From assembly GCF_028368995.1 (NCBI RefSeq), contig NZ_JAQNDL010000001.1:2496001-2560000 (forward strand): a stretch of 64,000 nucleotides of DNA. The letters are read 5' to 3'. Below the pieces are notes generated by a model, which saw only the letters and a program-made list of their open reading frames with translations, had not been told where the DNA came from and did no database searches. Positions 39,770 to 49,923 of this stretch are shown here, piece after piece (position 1 is the first letter of the stretch; every line of letters starts with the position of its first letter). Origin of the DNA: Nannocystis bainbridge (GTDB taxonomy: Bacteria; Myxococcota_A; Polyangia; Nannocystales; Nannocystaceae). Made by a program: the position numbers and the translations under genes.

Positions 39770-40722
39770 CGCCCGCCCGCTCCCTCGTGCTCGCTCGCCT
39801 CGCCACCGTCCTCGTCCTCGCCGCCGGCCTCGCCGGTTGCAAGGCCGGGGCGCGCGCCGGCGCGGCGCCTGCCGTGGTGCTCGACCCTTCGGGCTCCGAG
39901 CCCACGGCGATCAGTGACCTGCCGATCTTGCGGCAGAAGGCGGCGATGGGCCTGGTCGACGTCGTGCGCGCCGAGCTCGTGCCGCGCCTCGCCGAGGCCG
40001 CCGACGCCGGCCCCGATCCCGGGCGCGACGCCCTCCGCGCCCTCGCCATCGAGCTCGCGCTGCGACAGGACGACCAGCCCGCCGCGCTCGAGCAACTGCA
40101 GCGGCTGGCCCGCGACCTCGACCGCCTCGGCCCGAGCGCCAGCGGGGCCGAGCGAGCCCGCTGGCACATCCTCCACGGCGCCCTGCTGAGCGCCCAGCAG
40201 CGCTACGCCGAGGCGCGCGGGCAGAACCTCGAGGCCCTCGGCGCCCTCGATCTCACGCGCGATCCCGGCCTCGCCGGCGACGCCTTCCGCGGCCTCGCCC
40301 GCCAGCAGCTCGGCCTCGGTCAGCCCGACAAGGCGCTCGAGTCGGTGCGCCGCGCCATGGCTGTCCACAAGGACAGCCTCGCCGTGTTCGAGGACGGCGT
40401 GCTCGCCGTCGACATCCTGATCGCCGTCGACCAGCCGATCGAGGCCGTCATCGCCGCCGGCAAGCTCTACGACGACGCGATCGCCGACGTCGGCCCCGAC
40501 ACCCTCGCCCACGCCGAGGCCCTCGCCGCCGCCGCGTCCGCCACCTTCGCCTCCGGCGACCTCGACGCCTCGATCAGCTTCCTCACCGACGCCCGCAAGA
40601 TCTGGCGCGAGCTCCAGGCCGCCCGCAGCGACCCCAGCCTGCCGCTCAGCGCCCGGCTCGAGCGCCGCCTCGGCGAGCTCGACGCTGTCACGCGCCGCGC
40701 CTCCACCGGCACGGCCCCGTAG
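39766..40722 (+). CDS. TPR-like helical lipoprotein
   Basis: ATGA overlap with the previous gene; LAGC lipobox; Ala/Leu-rich helical repeats. Confidence 0.75.
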   Translation: MTPARSLVLARLATVLVLAAGLAGCKAGARAGAAPAVVLDPSGSEPTAISDLPILRQKAAMGLVDVVRAELVPRLAEAADAGPDPGRDALRALAIELALRQDDQPAALEQLQRLARDLDRLGPSASGAERARWHILHGALLSAQQRYAEARGQNLEALGALDLTRDPGLAGDAFRGLARQQLGLGQPDKALESVRRAMAVHKDSLAVFEDGVLAVDILIAVDQPIEAVIAAGKLYDDAIADVGPDTLAHAEALAAAASATFASGDLDASISFLTDARKIWRELQAARSDPSLPLSARLERRLGELDAVTRRASTGTAP

Positions 40723-40739
40723 CAGCGCACCTCGCCGCC

Positions 40740-41246
40740 TGTCCCGAAGGACAGCATGACGAGCACGAGCCTCACGCCCGCGCTCGCCTCACCTGTCCCC
40801 GCGGACATCCGCCGCTCCGCGACGAGCCCTGTCGCTCTGCGTGCTCCGGCCCAACGGCTCGCCTCGCTGTCCTCGAGGCCGCATGGGTCTCGGCTGGGCT
40901 CGCAACGCCGCTCGCGCTCTGTCTCCTTCGCCCCCCACGGGTGGGCCTCGCTTCGCTACCTGTCCTCGAGGCCAGCTCACCCTTCCGCATCTGTGTCGTC
41001 CGCGACTGGGCGCTCGCCCGCGACTTTTCCGCCTGTCTACAAGGACAGCCCAGATCGCCTCCGAATCACCTGTCCCTTCGGACATCTCATCTATTCCCCC
41101 CTCACCGGCCTCTGCAGCCGTCCTCGGCTCCACCGCCGCGCGCGCCGCGATCCGTCTCCCATTTCATCTGTCCCCGAGGACACATCATTTTTCTCCCGGT
41201 TCTCGGCTCCCCGCGGTCGCCGCCGCATCACATGTCCCGAGGGACA
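40740..41246. repeat. Cluster of dispersed TGTCC-N4-GGACA copies in a long intergenic region
   Basis: Copies at 40740, 40794, 40868, 40961, 41034, 41071, 41169 and 41233, plus weaker ones at 40830 and 40920. Confidence 0.88.
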
Positions 41247-41510
41247 GCTCAGCCCGCGCCATTTTGACCCCGGGCGTGGCCGCGCGACCAGGCTTATTGG
41301 ACAGGCGTGTAACAACCGCAGGCGGTGACCGAGGTCACTCGTGTGGCTGCGTCCGCGTGACGCTTCGGTGACGAATTCGGGGCTACGCGGGCGACGTCGC
41401 GGGAATAAAGGCCGACCGTGGATCCTGGCCCTCAGGGGATCCCCCGACGAAGGAGCGCTTCGGCCGTGGACTTGAGCCTTGGTGCGCCTGCGGGTACCTT
41501 GCCGCGAATC

Positions 41511-42569
41511 ATGTCCGGAACCACCCGCCACGCAAGCGTCGAGCTCGAGGCTCCGCGGACTGGGCTTCTCGCCTTCCTCCGCGACTTCCACAACAAGACG
41601 ATCTTGTTCCGCGCCGGTGACTGGATCTTCGTCACCTACGGCATGATCGCCGGCCTCGCCTTCCTCGTCGGCGTCGCCACGGCGACCTGGTACATGGGCA
41701 TGGTCGGGGCCGACACGGCCCAGATCGCCGCGTTCTACCTGTTCTTCGCCATCCCCTCGATCCTCATGGTCTCGCGGCTCACGAGCATCCTGCTCGAGTG
41801 GCGCGAGCTGTTCCGCAAGCCGCTGCAGACCCTGCTCAAGCCGGGCTACATGCTGCACGGCGGCATCTTCGGCGGCATGATGGCGTTCGCGGGCTACTCG
41901 CTGTTCAACAACATCAGCCTGCTCGCCCTGCTCGACGCCGCCGGCTTCTGCATGCCGCTCGGCGAGGCGATCGCCCGGCTCGGCTGCTACGTCTACGGCT
42001 GCTGCTGGGGCCGCCCGACCGAGAGCCGGTTCGGCGTCGCCTACACCAGCCCGCACTCCAAGGTCCTGCGCTTCCGCCCCGAGCTGCAGGGCGTGAAGAT
42101 CCACCCGACCCAGCTCTACGCGCTGACGGCCCACCTGATCCAGTTCACGATCTTCTACGCGCTCCTGCCGGTGAAGGTGTTCGACGGCATGTTCGCCGCG
42201 CTCTACCTCATCACCCACCCGATCATCCGCTTCGCGCTCGAGCGGTTCCGCCAGGACGACCGCGGCCAGGTCGGTCGCTGGACGCACACCAACATCTACA
42301 GCCTGATGATGATCGCCTTTGGTGCGCTGGTCCTGGTGTTCGGCCTCGCCAGCGGCGCCAGCAACCTGCCGATCAACCTCCAGCTGCGCTTCGTCCACGT
42401 CGTCGCCAACCCGGCCTCGATCGCCTACTTCCTCTTCATCTTCCTCGCGGCTTGCGCGGCCTTCGGCGTCCACTACAAGTCGGTCGGCTCGTGGCTCAGC
42501 AAGCCCTCCGGCGGCATGAAGGTCGACATCACCGAGATGGGCATGGGCGCCACCGACCGCGATCGCTAG
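41511..42569 (+). CDS. Prolipoprotein diacylglyceryl transferase (Lgt) family protein, divergent
   Basis: TYG, GYMLHGG, ARLGCYVYGCCWGRPT, HPTQLY and IRFALERFR motifs; many TM helices. Confidence 0.85.
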   Translation: MSGTTRHASVELEAPRTGLLAFLRDFHNKTILFRAGDWIFVTYGMIAGLAFLVGVATATWYMGMVGADTAQIAAFYLFFAIPSILMVSRLTSILLEWRELFRKPLQTLLKPGYMLHGGIFGGMMAFAGYSLFNNISLLALLDAAGFCMPLGEAIARLGCYVYGCCWGRPTESRFGVAYTSPHSKVLRFRPELQGVKIHPTQLYALTAHLIQFTIFYALLPVKVFDGMFAALYLITHPIIRFALERFRQDDRGQVGRWTHTNIYSLMMIAFGALVLVFGLASGASNLPINLQLRFVHVVANPASIAYFLFIFLAACAAFGVHYKSVGSWLSKPSGGMKVDITEMGMGATDRDR

Positions 42570-42593
42570 CCTTCGCCCGTCGATTTCGCCGCC

Positions 42594-42629
42594 CGGCCCG
42601 CACCCGCAAGGGGCGGGCCGTCGTCGTTT
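42594..42629 (+). terminator. Possible terminator hairpin
   Basis: CGGCCCGC...GCGGGCCG stem followed by a weak T tract (TCGTCGTTT). Confidence 0.4.
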
Positions 42630-42938
42630 CTGCGGCCATTCCTTGCACTTGGCGCCAGCTCGGGCGTTCGCGCGCGGCTTGCTCCGCGGGCGCACGCGGG
42701 TCACCCTCGAGGTGTGCGCTCGTCGACACCTCCGCCTGGCCTGCGTCGCGCGGCGTCTCCATCCGACGAGCGTGCGGCGGCCGCCGCGGTCCGCGGCCGC
42801 CGATCTGCCGGCCGCGTGAGCCCGGACTGGCCCGTCGGCCCGACCGCGATCATGCCCCGATCGGGCCCGACGATCGCCGCCGCGCGACCGACGTGTAGGC
42901 CCACGTCCCAGCCCGCGCACTCATCTGTCCGTTCGACC

Positions 42939-44453
42939 ATGTCCCTTGGGTCTGCCATCGCCGCGCTCGCGCTGCTCGCCTGCCGCGAGCCCACGAGCCA
43001 CGACCCCGAGGTGCTGGCCCAAGCCTGCAGCGTCACCGAGCCCGCGCGCATCGTCGCCGCCCCGCCCGGCTTCGTCGCCGCCCCCGACGCCTGGTACGGC
43101 CTCCACGTCCTCGGCGACGACCTCCTCTTCACCTTCGATCGCCTCGACGATCCCCGGCGCACCTACTGGCGCCTCGATCGCTGCACCGGCGAGCTCGCCC
43201 CGTTCCCCTCGCTCGCGCCCGGCCTCCACAACCCCTACGCGATCACCACCGACGCCGGGCGCATCGCCTACGCCAACGACGCGCTCGGCACTCACTACCT
43301 CGTCGACCGTCTCGACATCGCCGGCGACGACGAGCCCCGGCCCGTGCCGGGCCTGCCCGAGCAGCTCGGCGGCCTGCAGTGGGGCCTCAGCGAGCTGCCG
43401 TTCGTCCTCCACGTCGAGCGCCACGCCAGCGAGCACGGCGCCTACGCGGCCGGCATCGGCGGCGCCACCCACACCCTCTACCGCCACGACGGCGACCCCG
43501 ACGTCCCCGCCGTCGCGCTCGGCGAGTTCGTCCAGCAGGTTCGCATCGACGGCGACGACACCCGGCGCCACGTCCTGCGCGACGACGGCGAGCTGCACCG
43601 CCTCGACCTCCTCACTGGCGACAGCGAGCGCCTTCTCACCGGCGTCCGTCACTTCCACCCGCTCGCGCAGCCCGACAGGATGATCTGGCAGGAGCTCGGC
43701 GACGACCTCGCCGAGACGATCTACGTCCACGACTTCGCCACCGGCGACGACCTCGCGCTCGCCGTCAACGACTTCACGCAAAAGTCGTGGTGGCGCGACC
43801 CGGAGGAGGGCGACCTCGGCGGCGTCCAGCCCAGCGCCGACGGCAGCCTGCTCGCCCTGCCGGGCCCCGGCCGCGTCCTCGTCGCCCTGGTGCGCACCGC
43901 CGACGCCGAGGCCTTCACCATCCCCGAGCACCGCCGGTTCCTCGGCTTCCGCGACCTCCAGGTCATCCTCCTCACCGAAGAAGCGCCCGAGCGCGTCCTG
44001 GCGCTGTGGGACCCGATCGGCGGCCGCTTGCGCGAGTGGTACCGCGGCCCGCAGGTCACCGTCGCCCTGCGCCGCGTCGACGGCGATCAGGTCGAGTACT
44101 TCGAGGCCGACCCCGGCGGCTCCGCCGTCGGCACGCTCTGGCGCGTCGACCTGACCACCGGCGCGCGCGAGCGGCTGCTGACCCGCTCGACCGCCGCCCC
44201 CGCCGCGCTCGCCGACGGCCGCTACTTCCTCGCCTTCGAGCGCCGTCAACTCGCCGGCCCGCCGCTGTCCGGCTCGAGCTACCTCGGCGCGGCCGCCCGC
44301 GACCTCAAGCTCGTCGATCCCGCGACCGGCCTCTACACCACGATCGCCGACGACGTCACCGCTTACGCGTCCCTCGCCGACGACGGCCTCGTCTACTTCG
44401 CCCCGCAAGGCCCCGAACCGGGCGTGTGGGTCCACCCGATCGCGTGGAACTGA
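42939..44453 (+). CDS. Beta-propeller-like lipoprotein (triplet paralog 1)
   Basis: LLAC lipobox; shares DRLD..G.D.PRP, HDGDPD.PA, IWQ.LGDD..E, AVNDF, WYRGP and GLYTT blocks with the next two genes. Confidence 0.82.
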   Translation: MSLGSAIAALALLACREPTSHDPEVLAQACSVTEPARIVAAPPGFVAAPDAWYGLHVLGDDLLFTFDRLDDPRRTYWRLDRCTGELAPFPSLAPGLHNPYAITTDAGRIAYANDALGTHYLVDRLDIAGDDEPRPVPGLPEQLGGLQWGLSELPFVLHVERHASEHGAYAAGIGGATHTLYRHDGDPDVPAVALGEFVQQVRIDGDDTRRHVLRDDGELHRLDLLTGDSERLLTGVRHFHPLAQPDRMIWQELGDDLAETIYVHDFATGDDLALAVNDFTQKSWWRDPEEGDLGGVQPSADGSLLALPGPGRVLVALVRTADAEAFTIPEHRRFLGFRDLQVILLTEEAPERVLALWDPIGGRLREWYRGPQVTVALRRVDGDQVEYFEADPGGSAVGTLWRVDLTTGARERLLTRSTAAPAALADGRYFLAFERRQLAGPPLSGSSYLGAAARDLKLVDPATGLYTTIADDVTAYASLADDGLVYFAPQGPEPGVWVHPIAWN

Positions 44454-44512
44454 TCCGTCGCCCTCTTTCGAGTCACGACCCGAGAGTCACTCCCCCACCA
44501 CGCTTCAAGGCC

Positions 44513-46042
44513 ATGCCGCTCCGACCCGCTCACCTCGCCGCTCTCTCGCTGCTGCTCGCAGCCTGCGGCGAGGATGCGGTCGCGCCGGAGAGCTTCGCCG
44601 CCGCCTGCCCCTTGCGCGAGCCGGTGCGCCTGGCCGCTCCACCCGACGGCTGGCAGCCCGGGCCCGCGCGGGTCTACCCGTTCAAGCAGCTCGGCGATCA
44701 CCTGCTCTACAGCTTCGACGGCGCCGGCGACATCGACCCCGGCTACTGGCTCGTGCACCGCTGCGGCGGCGCCCCGCAGCGGTTCACCACCTTCACCCCC
44801 GGCACCGTCCTGCCGTTCGCGCTCGACACGGCCGACGGCGCCCTCGTCTACGCCGTCGATGCGCAGGGCCGCCACGTCCTGCTCGATCGCCTCGACGTGC
44901 CCGGCTTCGACGACCCGCGCCCGATCGCCGACCTGCCCGGCTACGACGCCCCCGGCGGCGTCCCGCACGAGGCCGGCTACGCCCTGTTCGCCCGCGTCAA
45001 TCGCCCCACCGGCGCCGGTCGTCAGGCCGCCGGCGTCGCCGGCGGCACCGCCGTCGTGCACACCCACGACGGCGATCCCGACGCGCCCGCGCTGCACCTC
45101 GGCGACGACATCGTCAGCCTCGCCCAGCACGGCGGCCAGCTGCTGGTCCTCGACGACGCCGGCGAGCTGCGCCGCGTCGATCCGTTCACTCGCGAGAGCG
45201 AGCCGCTGCAGGCCGGGGTCCGCTACTTCACCCTCGCCGCCGACGGCCGCCACCTGATCTGGCAGGCCCTCGGCGACGACGCTATCGAGCCGGTGTTCCT
45301 CCGCGACCTCGAGGCCAGCGCCCGCCTGGCCGTCGTCGATCCCGGCGTCGATCGCGAGATCGCCGTCAACGACTTCGCCGCCCGCTCGTGGAACCGCATG
45401 CCCGAGCAGGGCCTCGCCGTCGGTCGATGGATCTGGACCGCCGACAGCCAGACCGCCGCCCTCGTCGGCCCCGACGACACCTTCGTCGCCGCCGTGCGCA
45501 GCGACACCGGCGAGCCGCTCGCCCTGCCCGAGCACCGCCAGCAGCGCGGCGCCCTCGGCGACGACCTCGTGCTCGTCATGCCCGACACCGACACCCTCGC
45601 GCTCGCGCTGTGGCGCCCGCAGGACGGCGACCTGCGCGTGTGGTACCGCGGCCCGGCCGACGCCACCGTCGAGGCGCGCGCGCGCGTCGGCGATGCGCTC
45701 GAGTTCTTCCTCGCCGACCCGACCGACCCCGCGATCGGCAGCCTCCTGCGCGTCGACCTCGGCACCGGCGAGCTGACCGAAGTGGCCCCGCGGATCGGTC
45801 ACGAGTACCAGCAGCTCGACGCCCGCCGCTACTTCACCGCCGTGCACGCCGAGCCGGTGCAGGCCGGCGCCGACATCAAGTGGACCTGGGACCTGCTGGT
45901 GTTCGACGCCGACACCCGCGTCTACACCACCGTCGCCGAGCGCGTCGACGACTTCGTCCACGTGCCCGACCAGGGCGTCCTCTACCTCGACAGCCGCGGC
46001 GACCAGCCCGGGCTGTGGGCCGCGCCGCTGACCACGAACTGA
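44513..46042 (+). CDS. Beta-propeller-like lipoprotein (triplet paralog 2)
   Basis: LAAC lipobox; same conserved blocks. Confidence 0.82.
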   Translation: MPLRPAHLAALSLLLAACGEDAVAPESFAAACPLREPVRLAAPPDGWQPGPARVYPFKQLGDHLLYSFDGAGDIDPGYWLVHRCGGAPQRFTTFTPGTVLPFALDTADGALVYAVDAQGRHVLLDRLDVPGFDDPRPIADLPGYDAPGGVPHEAGYALFARVNRPTGAGRQAAGVAGGTAVVHTHDGDPDAPALHLGDDIVSLAQHGGQLLVLDDAGELRRVDPFTRESEPLQAGVRYFTLAADGRHLIWQALGDDAIEPVFLRDLEASARLAVVDPGVDREIAVNDFAARSWNRMPEQGLAVGRWIWTADSQTAALVGPDDTFVAAVRSDTGEPLALPEHRQQRGALGDDLVLVMPDTDTLALALWRPQDGDLRVWYRGPADATVEARARVGDALEFFLADPTDPAIGSLLRVDLGTGELTEVAPRIGHEYQQLDARRYFTAVHAEPVQAGADIKWTWDLLVFDADTRVYTTVAERVDDFVHVPDQGVLYLDSRGDQPGLWAAPLTTN

Positions 46043-46044
46043 CA

Positions 46045-46086
46045 TGCTCTTTCCGTCATGTCCTTAAAAACATGTCTCGATAGACA
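46045..46086. repeat. 14-bp-phased array spanning the stop and next start
   Basis: Units at 46045, 46059 and 46073; the ATG at 46058 is the CATG junction. Confidence 0.82.
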
Positions 46087-47533
46087 CCTCATCCTCGCCG
46101 TCGCCGGCCTGCTCGCCTGCGACCCCGACGAGCCGGCCCCGGCCTCGACCTGTCCCGTCGAACAGGTGACGCGCATGGCCGCCCCCGGGCGCGACTGGAA
46201 CCTCGAAGCGGGCTCTCGCGTCTCGTTCTCGGCCTTCGGCGATCGCCTGCTCTACACCTTCGACGCCTACGACGACCCCGACCGGAGCTATTTCTTGCTC
46301 GACCGCTGCGGCGGCGTGCCCGAGCGGTTCAGCCTCCTCGACGGACCCGCGTCCCGATTCACCGGCATCGAGACCGACGCCGGCTGGGTGCTCTACGCCG
46401 AGCGGGACGAACGCTACTTCGTCCTCGACCGCCTGGACGTCCCCGGCTTCGACGAACCGCGCCCCGTCCTCGGCCTCCCCGACATTCGGCTTCATGGATG
46501 GGGCGACGCGCGCCGCCTGATCTTTACCAGCGACTCCGAAGGCCTCTCCAACCTCTCCGGGGTCGCCGGCCTCGGCGGCCGGACCTACGAGATGTACATC
46601 CACCACGGCGACCCGGACGTCCCCGCCGTCGAGCTCGGCAAGACCATCGTCAACCCCCAGTACGCCGACGATCACATCCTCGTCCTCTCCGACGACGGCA
46701 GCCTGCGTCGCGTCGACGACCGCATCGGCGAGTCCGCGCTGCTGCTCGGCGGCGTCCGCCGCCACTGGTTCCACGCCGCCACCCGCCGGCTGATCTGGCA
46801 GCAGATCGGCGACGACATCAGCGAGCCCGTGTTCCTCCGCGACCTCGCGGGTGGCGAGGATCTACCGATCGCCGTCAATACCTTCGCCCAGCTGTCGTGG
46901 AACCGCCTGGAGCTGCCGGATCAGGGCGCGACCGGCAACTGGCTGTTCAACGCCTCGGGCAGCCACGCCGCGCTCTTCGGCCCCGAGCGCTTCGTCGCCG
47001 CCGTCGTCCGCACCGCTGACGGCGCCGCGGTCGAGCCGCCCGCCGACTCGCGGCTGCTCGGCGCCCCCGCCGACGAGTTCAGCCTGCTGTTCGACGACGG
47101 CGACGAGGCCGCGCTGGCGCGCTGGAACCCGGACGTCGGCGCCCTGCGCGAGTGGTACCGCGGGCCCTCGGGCGCCCCGCTGCCGGTGGCCTTCGCGCTC
47201 GAAGACGACTTCATCGACTACCTCGTCCTCGACCCGGACGGCAACGCGGGCACGCTGTGGCGCTTCGACCACCGCACCGGCCAGGCCACCCTGATCGCCC
47301 CACGCATGGGCCCTGCCATCCGCCTCGACGACGACCGCTACCTCACCTTCCTCTCCACCTCAAAATACTACCGCCCCGCCGATATCGTCCTCTTCGACCC
47401 CGACTCCGGGCTCTACACCACCCTCGCCAAGGACATCGACAACTACCACTACTTCCCGGACCAGGGCCTCATCTACGCCGTCAGTCGCAGCGACGCGCCC
47501 GGCCTGTACGCCGCCCCGATCCCGTCGAAATAG
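46058..47533 (+). CDS. Beta-propeller-like lipoprotein (triplet paralog 3)
   Basis: LLAC lipobox; same conserved blocks. Confidence 0.82.
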   Translation: MSLKTCLDRHLILAVAGLLACDPDEPAPASTCPVEQVTRMAAPGRDWNLEAGSRVSFSAFGDRLLYTFDAYDDPDRSYFLLDRCGGVPERFSLLDGPASRFTGIETDAGWVLYAERDERYFVLDRLDVPGFDEPRPVLGLPDIRLHGWGDARRLIFTSDSEGLSNLSGVAGLGGRTYEMYIHHGDPDVPAVELGKTIVNPQYADDHILVLSDDGSLRRVDDRIGESALLLGGVRRHWFHAATRRLIWQQIGDDISEPVFLRDLAGGEDLPIAVNTFAQLSWNRLELPDQGATGNWLFNASGSHAALFGPERFVAAVVRTADGAAVEPPADSRLLGAPADEFSLLFDDGDEAALARWNPDVGALREWYRGPSGAPLPVAFALEDDFIDYLVLDPDGNAGTLWRFDHRTGQATLIAPRMGPAIRLDDDRYLTFLSTSKYYRPADIVLFDPDSGLYTTLAKDIDNYHYFPDQGLIYAVSRSDAPGLYAAPIPSK

Positions 47534-47544
47534 CTCTCGGGACA

Positions 47545-47600
47545 TGTCCTCTCCGACATGCCCTTTCTTACATGTCTTTGAAGGCATGTCCGATCGGACA
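47545..47600. repeat. Four-unit 14-bp-phased array
   Basis: Units at 47545, 47559, 47573 and 47587 (last one TGTCCGATCGGACA). Confidence 0.88.
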
Positions 47601-47740
47601 GTCATTCACAGCGTCGGCAGTGAGCGTCCTGCAGAGCGGCCCCTGCGAGCGCGTTCTCCCGCATCGTCGGCTCGCTCCGTCGACGCGGCACCTCGAGCGT
47701 CCAGCCCGGCCGCCGCTGCGAGCATCCCCTCGCGCGCGAG

Positions 47741-47875
47741 GAGCCGCGCTTCGAGAGCCTCCGGCCCGCACTTCTTCACCGCCGAGCCGCGCTTCGAGAG
47801 CCTCCGGCGCCCACTTCCTCAACGCGCGCGCGCCGGGCCGCACTGCGAACTTCCGGCGCGCAATTCCTCACCGCT
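47741..47875 (+). repeat. 43-bp tandem direct repeat (2 good copies, 1 degenerate)
   Basis: GAGCCGCGCTTCGAGAGCCTCCGGC..CACTTC.TCA.CGC at 47741 and 47784; decayed copy near 47835. Confidence 0.8.
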
Positions 47876-48076
47876 CCCCGCCGGGCCGCCGCTTCGGGCG
47901 GCCTGTCGCTCCTGAGCTGACCACGCCTCGCGCGCGCCGCGGTGCGCAGGCGCACCGCCTCGGGCCTGCGCTCCACGCTGCAGCGCCGCGGTGACGGTGC
48001 GGGCGCGCCCCGTGCGCGACCTCGCTCGCTGCGGGGCTGGCGGTGATGCTTCACCTCTGCTACCTCCCCGCGGACC

Positions 48077-49759
<1,683 letters not shown>

Positions 49760-49761
49760 CC

Positions 49762-49824
49762 TGTCCTCCGGGACAGGCAGACGCGGACGCTGCGGCGCGC
49801 GGCCACAACCTGTCCTCCGGGACA
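49762..49824. repeat. Two identical TGTCCTCCGGGACA copies
   Basis: 49762-49775 and 49811-49824, directly after the prfC stop. Confidence 0.9.
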
Positions 49825-49923
49825 TCTCACAGCGCCCGCAGCGCCGCCCACGCGTGCGCGCCCTCGCCCGCCCGCAGGCCCGCGTGACGCGCCGGTGATC
49901 CGCGAGCCCCCTCGCGGTCGCTC

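Noticed and set aside
40740-41246. CRISPR array (palindromic repeats with unique spacers)
   Set aside because: Repeats are only 14 bp with a variable centre, spacing is irregular, no cas genes lie in the window, and the same motif is scattered everywhere.
40756-41371. ORFs 40756-41328 and 40841-41371 as real genes
   Set aside because: No codon bias, Ser/Pro/Arg-rich translation and no RBS; the region is dominated by repeat copies.
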